Source: Octopus sinensis (taxonomy: Eukaryota). From it: DNA of 64,000 nucleotides. The stretch lies in assembly GCF_006345805.1 (NCBI RefSeq), contig NC_043004.1, positions 32,736,001-32,800,000 on the forward strand. The letters run 5' to 3'. The position numbers were made by a program, and so were the translations under genes. Each line of letters starts with the position of its first letter. The stretch's first letter is position 1. This document shows, in pieces, positions 1-11,410 of this stretch. The notes below the pieces were generated by a model, which saw nothing but the letters and a program-made list of their open reading frames with translations, made no database searches and was not told where the DNA came from.

Positions 1-292
1 CTGAAGGAGAGTTGCCTGTGGCTGCATTGATAAGACACCAGCGGAAAGGTTTACAGTTCTTATCTTGTTACTGCAGGGTATCAAAGCCACTTGACTGAAA
101 ATAGTCATCACATGAACGTTGAATGTCAAGTGGGCTCGGCATTACTCTAGCAACTGGAGTTTTTGAGTGCAAAATTGTTACAATAGTTTCATTGTGTTTC
201 TGAGAATGGCGTTTTATTCAATGTGTTTGTTTTAGTTTATGGAAACGTTGGAAATATCAAGGAATCATTTGGAAATTTTTAGAGTTGAACTA

Positions 293-450
293 GGTGCTTA
301 GGGTGTTGCTCTCACGATCATAAGATAGAGGTTTCGATTCCCGGGTCGAGCAGTGAATTGTGTTCTTGAGTAAAAAAAACTTCGTTTCACGTTGGTCCTT
401 TCAGCTGTAAACCCCGCGACGGACTGACGTTCGTTCCATTCAGGGGATAA
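293..450 (+). mobile_element. Decayed tRNA-derived SINE (family C-type head)
   Basis: GCTTAGGGTGTTGCTCTCACGATC...GTTTCGATTCCCGG...TTGTGTTCTTGAG...TTTCACGTTG matches the head of the better-preserved copy at 1901. Confidence 0.6.
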
Positions 451-1435
451 TAATGACCCCCTCGGTTACGTATACAACCGGAATTGAAACAGGGTAATCA
501 GCCCTCTTGAGACACTACTTTCTCACTTGTCTAGCAAAATGACTTGATCTGAAACAGTGCGTCGACACAAGCAACTCCAGCATGGGCGAACAATTTAATA
601 ATAACACACAACTAATAAACTGTTAAAATTATTTTAAATTCATTTCATGAGATGTAAAAATTTCGTCGCGCCTCTGCGACCTGGCCACTGATGCAATTCC
701 AGAGCACCTCTGGAAATTTTATACCAGATAAACTAATGTTCTTTCCACGAAGATATTCCTCTGCTTCTGCTGTCAAACCACGAAAGTGTTCTAAGCAGGA
801 GCCATTCTGCTCTTTATTCCTTAGAAGACAGACAATATCTTTCTTACAGTCAACAAGTGTAATCACCCATTAATGGATATGTCTAAATATTTAAAATAAT
901 TGACACAAAAGGACAATATATTTTGCTTTGCGAGTATGGTACGAAGTTTCAGCTTTGTGAAAGAGGACGTTGTGATGTCCATGTTATGCTGCTGTATTTT
1001 TTTTTTATCTCTAGGTCAGACTTGATGGGGTTGATTTACGATCAAATACATTTCAACCGTGTCCATCCCGTCTTGTTTTCAAACATAATGATACCTGGCC
1101 ACATTATTTGAACTTGACCCTGTAGGATGTGTAACTTTGAAGAGAGATTTGGTGCTATTTCTATCATGCCGTGCAGTCACACTGAGGCTCCCCCCGTGGC
1201 GTAAGTAGTAGTAGTAGCAGTATGGAGGCATGCGCTGCAACAGCGCCTATTCCTGGCGGATTACATCTTTGCACCACCCAGGAAACTATTCTCCAATCCT
1301 TGGGTCTATTTTGGTTAGACGCTGCTGGCGAAGGTTTTACGAGGTCGGAGTGCAAAGTCAATATCTTTTAGTCTCCTCTTACGACACACAGAGGAAACGT
1401 TGGATTTATTCTTTGGCATGCCGGTCTCCGCATGG

Positions 1436-1556
1436 CACTAGAGCAACGTGAAATGAAGTGTTTTGCTCAGGAACACAACACACCGCTCAATCCGGGAATC
1501 GAACCTACGATCTGGTTATCATGACTATAACACCCTAACCACTAGGCCACGCGCCT
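1436..1556 (-). mobile_element. tRNA-derived SINE, family C head
   Basis: Reverse complement gives GGCGCGTGGCCTAGTGGTTAGGG (A box) and GTTCGATTCCC (B box), followed by TGTGTTCCTGAGCAAAACACTT. Confidence 0.8.
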
Positions 1557-1900
1557 GTAAATAATGACGTAAGGAGTGCCTCTAATTGGAGAATTACTGA
1601 CGTTATGCGGTACTGAACTCTATCAATCGTATTTAGTTATTGTTTCTTTAAACAATGTCGTGGCAGACATCTTTTTAAACAAGCAAAAATTAAAACGTAA
1701 AGGTGAGACATGACAAATACAGGTGGCTGGTAAAAGGATATTTATAAATACCTTTTTATTGTTGGTATTTTGTAAAATTTTCGGTAAAATCACGACTTCG
1801 TGGTGATATTTCATCGTTTGTTAACCAAGGGTGAGATGACATGACTTGTCATAAGCCTAACAGACGCCATAATGACGATGTTTATCTAATTTTCTTCAGT

Positions 1901-2220
1901 GAGGGCGCGTGGATTAGTGGTTAGGGCATTCGGCTCATGATCGTAAGGTTGTGAGTTCGATTCCCGGCGACGCGTTGTGTCCTTGAGCAAGACACTTTAT
2001 TTCACGTTGCTCCAGTCCACTCAGCTGGCAAAAATGAGTTGTACTTGTACTTCAAAGGGTCAGCCTTGTCACTCTCTGTGTCACGCTGATTATCCCCGAG
2101 AACTACGTTAAGGGTACACCTGTCTGTGGAATGCTCAGCCATTTGCACGTTAATTTCACGAGCAAGCTGTTCCGTTGATCGTATCAGCTGGGACCCTCGT
2201 CGTCGTAACCGGCGGAGTCT
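1901..2220 (+). mobile_element. tRNA-derived SINE, head H2 (family C) + tail T1
   Basis: A box TGGATTAGTGG, B box GTTCGATTCCC, CORE/V-like TGTGTCCTTGAGCAAGACACTT; tail ends CCCTCGTCGTCGTAACC(G)GCGGAGT, shared with copies at 6186, 11053, 16376, 21545 and 56575. Confidence 0.9.
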
Positions 2221-2386
2221 TTTAAGAGGAATTTTCTTCAACTGGTGACAGAAGACAAAGTTGACTTTAGCGAAATTCTCACTAAAAATAAATATGTGAA
2301 AAAAGAAAATATACCAACAAAAAACGAACGACAACTGGACTGCAAGATCAGTTTTTTTTTCTTCTGGTTGGTCGAGATTTATTATA

Positions 2387-2985
2387 TATTTCTTTATTGC
2401 CCACAAGGGGCTAAACACAGAGGGGACAAACAAGGACAGACAAACGGATTAAGTCGATTATATCGACCCCGGTGCGTAACTGGTACTTAATTTATCGACC
2501 CCGAAAGGATGAAAGGCAAAGTCGACCTCGGTGGAATTTGAACTCAGAACGTAACGGCAGACGAAATACCTATTTCTTTACTACCCACAAGGAGCTAAAC
2601 ACAGAGGGGACAAACAAGGACAGACAAACGGATTAAGTCGATTACATCGACCCCAGTGCGTAAATGGTACTTATTTAATCGACCCCGAAAGGATGAAAGG
2701 CAAAGTCGACCTCGGCGGAATTTGAACTCAGAACGTAACGGCAGACGAAATACCTATTATTTACTACCCACAAGGGGCTAAACACAGGGGACAATCAAGG
2801 ACAGACAAACGGATTAAGTCGATTACATCGACCCCAGTGCGTAAATGGTACTTATTTAGTCGACCCCGAAAGGATGAAAGGCAAAGTCGACCTCGGCGGA
2901 ATTTGAACTCAGAACGTAGCGGCAGGCGAAATACAGCAAAGCATTTCGCCCGGCGTGCTAACGTTTCTGCCAGCTCGCCGCCTTA
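2387..2985 (-). mobile_element. SINE family A trimer (one full copy + two ~184-bp 3' units) flanked by a 16-bp TSD
   Basis: Units recur at 2400, 2584 and 2767; GTCGAGATTTATTATA at 2371-2386 and 2986-3001; the head GGCGGCGAGCTGGCAGAA is present only once. Confidence 0.9.
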
Positions 2986-3614
2986 GTCGAGATTTATTAT
3001 AACCAACACAAGCATGTTCTTCGTACCTTTGATAATCTGCGATTTAATTGCAGAGTGAAAGACGCATACGAACCATTTCGAAAATATAGACTATTAAATT
3101 TACTTAAAGTTCCTTACTAGGTGTTAAAAATTTCGTCGCGTGAACCGCAACCTGGTCACTGACATGATCTATGTTTATTTTTTTATTTCTATATTGGTGT
3201 GTCATTCTAGTTGATTGCTCATAGCTGGTCCAGTAAGTTAGTTCTTCACCCTAGTGAGGACTTCCCAATAGTCTTTGTATGGTTTTCCAATGTCTGGAAT
3301 CTGTTTACCACTTTACATCAGGTAATGTCAGATGTACACCTCCGATAACCCTAGATTCAATTTCCAATATTTGAAAAGTAGTCGAACCTGAGAATCATCA
3401 CAAATGGAAAATTTCTGAAGGCGTCAGAAATGTTTTTTTATTGAAAAAAATAAAATAAAATAGGTTAATATGAAAGGAAACTGTATGAAGCAGAAGTGAC
3501 GTTTATCAGTTTTTTTTTTTTTGTGGTTTGTAAATTATGGTAAAAGTGTTACTACAGATTTGTTTTCGTGGGTGAAAAACGAAATCTTTGCAAAATGAAG
3601 CAGATATTCATTTC

Positions 3615-3968
3615 GGTCCCACTAGATGGCACCTTTGGGAAAATGTCTTCTGCTGTAGCTTCGGGCCGACCTGAGCTTTGTGAGTGGATTTAATAGACAG
3701 AAACTGAAAGAAGCCCGTCGTGTATATATGTATATGTGTATCTTTGTGTTTATGTTTGTCCTTCATTACCGCTAGACAACCGGTGCTGGTGTGTTTACGC
3801 TCCCGTAACTTACCGGTTCGGCGAATGAGTCCAGACTGATATTTAAAAAAATACTGGAGGGGGGGATGTAAATAGCTACTGGGGTCGGTTTGCTTGACTA
3901 AAACCTTCCAAGACAATGCTCCAGCATGATCGCAGTCTAATGAATGAAACATGTGAAAGAGATAAAAG
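3615..3968 (+). mobile_element. SINE family B (tRNA head, internal microsatellite, CR1-like tail), diverged
   Basis: GGCACCTTTGGG..., GAAACTGAAAGAAGCCCGTCG(TA/TG)n, tail GCTCCAGCATG..GCAGTCTAATGAATGAAAC. Confidence 0.8.
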
Positions 3969-4006
3969 ACAAAAGCTGTATTATGAAATGTAATAGGATA
4001 AACGGA

Positions 4007-4169
4007 GGCGCAGGAGTGGCTGTGTGGTAAGAAGGTGGCATACCAACCACATGGTTCCGGGTTCAGCCCAACTATGAAGCATCTTGGGCAAATGTCTTCT
4101 ACTATAGCCTCAGGCCGACCAAAGCCTTCTGAGTGGATTTGGTAGACGGAAACTGAAAGAAGCCCGTCG

Positions 4170-4226
<57 letters not shown>
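4007..4226 (+). mobile_element. SINE family B 5' half ending in (TA)n(CA)n
   Basis: GGCGCAGGAGTGGCTGTGTGGTAAG head, GGTTCAGCCC B-box-like motif, AAGAAGCCCGTCG then microsatellite. Confidence 0.85.
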
Positions 4227-4499
4227 GATCCAGAGTAAGCACAGCAGGCCGTTCTACACAAGTAATAGAACAGAAGAAAAGTATAAAAGAACGTGCTTTG
4301 ATTTGGGTACCGTGTCCAAGCTGTTCGAAATCTGTCTTAGTTTCGGTCCCAAACCTTTGTTTTAACTTATGACTATCACCTGTAATCTTTCATGTTCAGC
4401 AAGGTGAGACTCAAGATCGATCCAAGGAATCACTTGAAACCAAGAATACAACGAAGCAGAAATAGTGCCAAGTATTTCTTCCACTGCTTTTATTTGTTT

Positions 4500-4825
4500 C
4501 AGTGCTTTCTATTTGTTTCAGTGTTTGGACTGCGGCCACACTGGGGTACTTTTTTTTTAAAGTCTACTGCTTATTCTATCGGACTCTTTTGCTGAACTGC
4601 TCAGTTATGGGACATAAATAAATCAAAACCAGTCGTCAAGCGGTGACCACACACACACATACATATACGACGGGCTTCTTTCAGTTTCCATCTAACAAAT
4701 TCTCACAAGGCATTGGACGACCCGGCGCCATAGTAGAAGACACTTTTCCTAGGTGCCATGCAGTGGGATTGAACTTGAAGCCACGTGGTTGCAAAGCGTG
4801 TTTCTCAACCACAAAGCTATGCTTG
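4500..4825 (-). mobile_element. SINE family B
   Basis: Reverse-complement match to family B tail (GTTTCAGT..GACTGCGGCCA) and body (CGACGGGCTTCTTTCAGTTTCC). Confidence 0.8.
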
Positions 4826-5885
4826 TGCTTTCTACAACCCTTTGTACCGACGCACTGCTTTAAATTGATGGTGATGATAAAAAAACTTTTTATGTATCCG
4901 GATTAAATATTTAATTAAAATATTTTTTTCATTTCTTTTCAGGTTTCTCCTGGATTACGACCTGGAAATATTTTCATCCAGTCATACTGAATAGCAAGAA
5001 TTACTGCAAACAATTAAAGAAAAGGACACGATGTATGGACACGGAAAATATATTGTAACTAAATACACGCATACACATACCCCCACCCCCCGCATGAGGC
5101 AATGATTTAGCCATGTTAAACACAAACACCTAAATACACAGACACATACATTTCAATAAATGTAATTATCTCCTGAGAGCCGATGAAGCAATTATTTCAT
5201 CGACTTTACTAAACATTCACAAACAGTTTTTTATATTTCTACGGAGATGAAATTTCTCGTTTATTTTTGACATAAAACATTTTTGTTTTTTACAAAGCTC
5301 TGTGACTGAAGTAAATGTGGAGACAATCACCCGACATGATGCACAGCGTAAGTAAATTTATTTCGATTTCCTGCTTCCTTGCTTTCTCTTTGCCTGTTGT
5401 TTCCATGTGAGTAATGATTGCATGTTCCAGGCAATATGTCTAAATTCACACCACCAGCTCGGCTCACTGATTTCTCTCGTTTCTTGTCGTTTTGTTTTCT
5501 TTTCCTTGTTAATATCTCATTACATGTCGGCCATTGTTAACATAGCAATAGAAATGTCGTATAAAAACATCTGCTCTGACAATTATTCTCACACCTGGTT
5601 GTAATAATATCTTAATATAATATTGATTGCGATGGTTGACTTGGGTTATCAGCTAACTTAATGAGAACACCTCATTACCCACTTAATATTCGCAATGTTG
5701 AATGTTGTCTGACATTCGCGAGGTAGACCTTTATATATCTCTCACTTGCTCCTTATTCATTACAGTTGTTTATCCTCCTTGATCAAACAGATTTATTTCC
5801 AAAGGCGACACATATGACCATCCCATCCCATCCATTTTATTAACTATTGTAAACCATTCCGTATACACCTTATATGTTAAACGTT

Positions 5886-6113
5886 TAAGGCGGTGAGCTG
5901 GCAGAAACGTTAGCGCGCCGGGCGAAATGCTTAGCGGTATTTCGTCTGTCGTTACGTTCTGAGTTCAAATTGCGCCGAGGTCGACTTTACCTTTCATCCT
6001 TTCGGGGTCGATAAAGTACCAGTTTCGCACTGGGGTCGATGTAATCGACTTAATCCTTTTGTCTGTCCTTGTTTGTTCCTGCTATGTTTAACCCCTTGTG
6101 GGTAGTAAAGAAA
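5886..6113 (+). mobile_element. SINE family A, long-tail subfamily, 15-bp TSD
   Basis: AAGGCGGTGAGCTGGCAGAA head, GAGTTCAAAT B box, central CCTTTCATCCTTTCGGGGTCGATAAA (resembles the Meta/Sauria-type SINE domain as I recall it); TATATGTTAAACGTT at 5871-5885 and 6114-6128. Confidence 0.92.
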
Positions 6114-6185
6114 TATATGTTAAACGTTCCTTCTGCCAAAAGCGAACTCCTCGCTGTCTGTTTTCATTAAAGATAGGAAAAGGAA

Positions 6186-6418
6186 GCACTCCGTCGGTTA
6201 CGACAACGAGGGTTCCGGTTGATCCGAATCAACGGAACAGCCTGCTCGTGAAATTAACGTGTAAGTGGCTGAGCACTCCACAGACACGTACACCCTTAAC
6301 GCAGTTCTCGGGGATATTCAGCGTGACACAGAGAGTGACAAGGCCGCCCCTTTGAAATACAGGTACAACAGAAACAGGAAGTAAGAGTGAGAGAAAGTTG
6401 TGGTGAAAGAGTACAGCA
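6186..6418 (-). mobile_element. SINE tail T1 joined to head-H1 body
   Basis: Reverse complement of the 3' two thirds of the 11053-11410 copy. Confidence 0.85.
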
Positions 6419-6504
6419 TCTTGGGCAAATTAAAGATAGACACAATATGCAAAACGTTTTTTTTTCCCGGTTCTTTTTCAGCGTTTTTTATGAAACACAT
6501 TTTT

Positions 6505-6875
6505 TTATCTTTTACTTGCTTCACTCATTAGACTGCGGCCATGCTGGGGCATCGCCTTGAAGAATTTTTAGTCGAATGAATCGACCTTAGTACCTGTTTT
6601 TTTTAAAGCCTAGTACTTATTCTATCGGTCTTTTTTGCCGAACCGCTAAGTTATGGGGACATAAACACACCTGCACCAGTTGTCATGCGGTGGTGGGGCA
6701 AAAACATATACGCGAGGGGACACACACACACGACTGGTCTCTTTCAGTTTCTGCCCACCAAATCCACTCACAAGGCTTTGGTCGGCCTGAGGCTATAGTA
6801 GAAGACACTTGCCCAAGGTGCAACGTTGTGGGACTGAACCCCAAACCATATGGTTGGGAAGCAAGCTTCATAAAA
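6505..6875 (-). mobile_element. SINE family B
   Basis: Tail, body and head motifs on the minus strand with an internal (CA)n. Confidence 0.85.
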
Positions 6876-7569
6876 TAAAGCCATTCTTTCACCTGTATTC
6901 AGTTTTCCTATTTCCCATTCCCCTTCTGACAACAATTCCTGTATTTGGTCCCAGTACTTGAACTGATATCTTTTTTTTTTATAAGAAGTATTTGAAATAG
7001 AATAATGATCCCACCAGATGAATGGACATTATTATTTTCCTTTTTTTTTGTTATTCCTGCAAGATTGGCTTCCCGTCTCACAGACAATATTCTCCTGATA
7101 GAGGGTTGATAACGTTTACAAATACTTGGCTCGCATGCTGTTGTTTTATTGCAACGTAACAGAAACAAGATGTAAAATTTTATGAAAAGCTATTCAAGCG
7201 TTTGATCAGGTATCATGGTTTAATGTTGATCTCCACTTTGTTTTCCAGGGCAATGTTTGCAGACACGTTTTTTTTCTTAACCTAACTCTCTCTATCATCG
7301 GTTTGTTGTTTCTCTCATATCAGTTCTTGTCTACGATAAATTTCCCCGTTTCTCTGTAGTAAACTTAAAATACAGACAGTCTCACCACGCCTAATGGGCC
7401 ACGTTTAGCTAGCTTTAATTTCTTCAAAGACATCCAAAACGAGGTCTTTAAGAAGATCATCGCGAGGTTATTGTCGATAAGAAATGATGCCAAGTGAACA
7501 GCAGCTAGCGTTTTCCAACGCATTTTTTTTGTTTTGTTTTTCATGTATTTTTTTTATCTTCTTTTATTT

Positions 7570-7733
7570 GTTCTTATACTTATTTCAGTCATTTGACTGC
7601 AGCCATGCTGGAGCACTACATTTTGTCGAACAAATCGACCCCAGAACTTATTCTTTGCAAGCCTAGTACTTATTCTATCGGACACCTTTGCCGAACCGCA
7701 AAGTTGTCAGTCGATGGTGAGAGGACAAACACC

Positions 7734-7774
<41 letters not shown>

Positions 7775-7937
7775 GACGGGCTTCTTTTAGTTTACGTCTA
7801 CCAAATCCACTCACAAGGCTTTGGTTGGTCCGAAGCTATAGTAGAAGACACTTGCGCAAGGTGCCACGCAGTGGGACTGAACCCAGAACCATGTGGCTGG
7901 GAAGTAAGCTTCGTACCACACAGCCACTCCTGCGCCT
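7570..7937 (-). mobile_element. SINE family B, full length
   Basis: Ends CACAGCCACTCCTGCGCCT (head); internal (CA)n at ~7735-7770; tail TTTCAGTCATTTGACTGCAGCCATGCTGGAGCAC. Confidence 0.9.
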
Positions 7938-8661
7938 GTATATATTTTTTTTCATGGTAAATATTAAAACGACTTACAGATTCCAATCCAAGTTCTATTC
8001 TTAGAGCCTCAGATGAAGAGGGCCTGAATATACAGACTATTTTTTCTGCTGCTATAAATATTATTCGGAATCGACAGAAATCTATAAATCATCAAAAGTT
8101 GATGATAAAGATAAATTTTTTTTTTGATCTTTCAAAATTATTCTTTGAAAATTTAGTTTTGAAAACAGGACGGTTTACGATGGAATGAACAATTCTCGAT
8201 AACATTAGCACAGTGCTGAGAAACCGCAGTTAAAAATTACAACTTTCAGGTACGTTGTAGAGGGGCTGGTGGTGGGTGATGTTGATGGTGGAGGTTGTCA
8301 GTTCAATAAGCCTCTTGGTTCGATCTTCAAGTAAAGTTTCAAATGAGAAATGACCCCACAAGAAACGACATCAATATTGTGGGATTTTCTGTTTGATGAC
8401 TTATTCAGAGCAAGTGTGTATGGGGAGGAGGAAGCACCTGTGACCCTTGCATGATCTGTGAGGGTATTTTAGGAAAAGGAGAAAACATGGGTCCCTATGG
8501 GCAGCCAACCAAATGAACTCCAACAAAGATTCCGTCTGCACAGATCCACTCATAAGAACTGGGATGAAACATACAGTTCTATATTTAAGTGATGAGGGAT
8601 TATGTATATTATTTACATTATTTACATTTGAAGGATATTTGTCTTCATCTTGTTTGTTGTT

Positions 8662-8707
8662 AACACAACGTTTCGGCTGATATACCCTCCAGCCTTCATC
8701 AGGTGTC
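8662..8707 (-). ncRNA. Minimal type I hammerhead ribozyme (PLE-type)
   Basis: GACAC-CTGATGA-A-GGCTG(10-nt loop)CAGCC-GAAAC-GTT-GTGTT: conserved core, 5-bp stem II, palindromic AACGTT helix III, stem I GACAC/GTGTT. Confidence 0.8.
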
Positions 8708-8928
8708 TTGGGGAAATTTCGAACCTGGGTTTTCATTCCTAAGGTATTTTTCAGTGTTGTTGTTGTTATTATTATTCAGGTCCCTGTCTGGGATCGAACT
8801 CCGGAATCTTGGGGTTAGTTGCCCGCGCTCTTAACCACTACGCCACATACTCACGGTTATATGGTATAGTGGTAATAACATCGAAAAATACCTTAGGAAT
8901 GAAAACCCAGGTTCGAAATTTCCCCCAA

Positions 8929-8974
8929 GACACTTGATGAAGGCTGGAGAGTATATCAGCCGAAACGTTGTGTT
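8929..8974 (+). ncRNA. Hammerhead ribozyme copy with C3U core variant
   Basis: GACAC-TTGATGA-A-GGCTG..CAGCC-GAAAC-GTT-GTGTT. Confidence 0.7.
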
Positions 8975-9198
8975 AACAACAAACAAGATGAAGACAAATA
9001 TCTGTCAAATGTAAATAATGTAAATAATGGGATGAAACACACTTCAATTTTACAGTGCTACTGCTGCCTACATCGAAGAACAAATATCACCTAGCTCAGA
9101 CCTAGATGAACCTCTCAGTAGCGAAGCAAACGACTTGATATTTCAGTGATATGGTTATTTTCAACTGGAAGTGAGCTTAAGTCATTTATCAATTCTAG

Positions 9199-9349
9199 AG
9201 GCGCATGTGCGGCTGTGAGGTAAGAACCATATACTTCGGGTTTCCAAAACCATTGCGTGGCATCTTGGGTAAACGTCTTGTACTGTAGCCCCGGGCCGAC
9301 CAAAGTCTTGTACGTGGATTTAGTAAATAGAAACTGAAAGAGGTCCGAC

Positions 9350-9403
<54 letters not shown>

Positions 9404-9632
9404 GTGTGTGTGTGGTGTATATATATATATATCTGTGTGCGTGTGTCCCACTATTGTCAATCGGTGTTGGTGTGTTTATGTCCCCGTAACTTAGCAGTTC
9501 GACAAAAGCGACCGATAAATTAAGTACGAAGCTTTAAAAAAAGCTAAATACTGGAGTCGATTTGTTGAACTAAAATTCTTTAAGGCAGTGCTACAGCGTG
9601 GCCGCAGTCTAATGACTGAAACAAGTGAAGGA
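9199..9632 (+). mobile_element. SINE family B with expanded (TG)n(TA)n core
   Basis: Head AGGCGCATGTGCGGCTGTG, tail GCCGCAGTCTAATGACTGAAACAAG. Confidence 0.85.
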
Positions 9633-9967
9633 AGGACACTTAACCAATTATCAAATGATGTCAAAGGCAACCAATGAAAAGTCTTAAAGAAGCGGAAACT
9701 ATTGTGATTCAGCTTTTGTGATGGGAGCACTAAATTGACTTTTACACACAGATCGATTAAAAATCAATCGATTAATGTAATGTAATTAATTCACACATCA
9801 CTGATTTATTACTACGTCTCGGGTCCAATCGTTATAGATTGTTATTGTTGTTGTTTTGTTGTTTAGCTTCGAGTCAGTTCTGTCGAAGGAGACTAATTCT
9901 TAAAAGTATTCCATCCATGACCGTCCCATATAGTTTGTCTGTAACCAACAACGCTAGAGTTCACACA

Positions 9968-10280
9968 GGCGCAGGCATACCTGTGTGGCTAAGAAATTCG
10001 CATTGCACCTCCGTGGCTTTGGTTCCAGCCCCACTGCGCGGCATCTTGCATGAATATTTTCTGCTCTAGCCCCGGGCTGACCATCTGACAATCTGTGGAA
10101 TTAGAACCGGACTTAGGGTTGATTTGTTCCATTAAACCTTTCAGTTCGTTGCCCCAGCATGACCGCCGTACAACGCTTGAAATAAGTAAAAGAATAAATC
10201 TTTATATATATTCTTTCGGTCTTTTATTCTTTTACTTGTTTCAGTCATTTCACTGCGGTCATGCTGGAGCACCACTGCAA
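9968..10280. mobile_element. Family B fragments (head and tail on +, second tail on -)
   Basis: GGCGCAGGCATACCTGTGTGG head; CCCAGCATGACCGC tail; TTTTACTTGTTTCAGTCATTTCACTGCGGTCATGCTGGAGCAC reverse tail. Confidence 0.7.
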
Positions 10281-10856
10281 TAATCTGAGAAGGAAATATG
10301 TTGAATAAAATCCTAATTAATTGATCCTCTTGTATTTTCTTTTACCCAAAGCCAGGAACGAATATTTAATGCGTGGAACATTAAAAAGCTAATTAGAAAT
10401 AATTATGGGGTGTAGAAAAAAGGCCTGCATTACTCAATGATTAACATTATTTAGATTATTTTACACAATTTTCGACGGGCTTCTGTCTTCTTTTAATCGC
10501 AGTGAAGCATTGACTTAGTAGTACTTGCCAAATAAGGATGAGAGAATCACTAAATAAATGCGCTAAGATTCTACACTGGTGTCGACAAAGAATAAAATTT
10601 CGGCGGTGAGCCTGTGTGTGTGTGTGTGTATTTTATTTCCTTGTCTTGGCCTTGCGGTGTAGTTGTAAAGGAATGCCTGTCATACAAGCAGTATCCTTCG
10701 TTTTCAATCTTCCGCGAAAACTTGTCTGGTCAAGGAGAAATATTACTTTATTTGGAAAGAAGCGAGGTTTGGTGACAGTAAGGACGTCCGATTGTAGAAA
10801 AAACCGAGTACGTTTGTACATCTGAGCATGGAAAAAGTCCACATTAAAAGGATGAT

Positions 10857-10888
<32 letters not shown>

Positions 10889-11009
10889 ATCACGTTATCA
10901 CGTGACCGACCAGGCTATCAGATGTTGCTACACATCGCTGGTCACAATGCGCTTCGCATTGTTTTAGCCTTCAAATGACGCCACCCCGCCGGCTAAGCGA
11001 CCAGGCCAA
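10889..11009 (-). mobile_element. SINE tail T2 fragment embedded in (TA)n
   Basis: ATCAGATGTTGCTACACATCGCTGGTCACAATGCGCTTCGCATTG...CAGGCCAA, near-identical to 20430-20525. Confidence 0.85.
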
Positions 11010-11040
<31 letters not shown>

Positions 11041-11052
11041 TGAAGGATTGGA

Positions 11053-11410
11053 AGCGCAATGGCCCAGTGGTTCAGAGCAGCGGACACGCGGTCATAGGAT
11101 CGCGGTTTCGATTCTCAGACTGGATGTTGTGAGTGTTTATTGAGCGAAAACACTTAAATCCCCACGAGGCTCTGGCAGGGGGTGGTAGCGAGCCCTGCTG
11201 TATTCTTTCACCACAACTTACTCTCACTCTTCCTGTTTCTGTTGTACCTGTATTTCAAAGGGGCCAGCCTTGTCACACTTGGTCACGATGAATCTCTCCG
11301 AGAACTACGTGTCTGTGGAGAGCTCAGCCACTTGCACGTTAATTTCACGAGCAGGCTGTTCCATTGATCGGATCAACTGGAACCCTCGTCGTCGTAACCG
11401 ACGGAGTGCC
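11053..11410 (+). mobile_element. tRNA-derived SINE, head H1 + tail T1
   Basis: AATGGCCCAGTGG A box, GTTTCGATTCTC B-box-like motif, tail T1 shared with the 1901 copy. Confidence 0.85.

Larger units (their letters stand above)
8572..9027. mobile_element. Inverted pair of tRNA-headed, hammerhead-bearing (Penelope-type) short elements
   Basis: Minus copy ~8572-8850 has A box TGGCGTAGTGG (8835-8845) and B box GTTCGATCC (8791-8799). Plus copy ~8858-9027 has a deleted head. TGGGATGAAACA direct repeat at 8560-8571 and 9028-9039. Confidence 0.85.

Noticed and set aside
1901-1975. tRNA gene calls for SINE heads (CAT/CAC anticodon-like loops)
   Set aside because: Acceptor stems do not pair, and each head runs straight into a shared SINE body.
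2387-2985. CRISPR-like arrays (also 13896-14140 and 57265-58129)
   Set aside because: Units are 100-370 bp of SINE sequence with no unique spacers and no cas genes, in a eukaryotic context.
3608-4261. 217-aa ORF and similar long ORFs (47022-47714, 46970-47458, 40604-41053)
   Set aside because: They are translations of SINE bodies and microsatellites (YIYI, HTHT, VCVC, SLSL) with no domain signal.
4943-5040. Strong splice acceptor TTTCTTTTCAG
   Set aside because: No convincing donor or open frame follows.
8005-8035. CAGATGAAGAG as a further hammerhead core
   Set aside because: No stem II or GAAAC follows.
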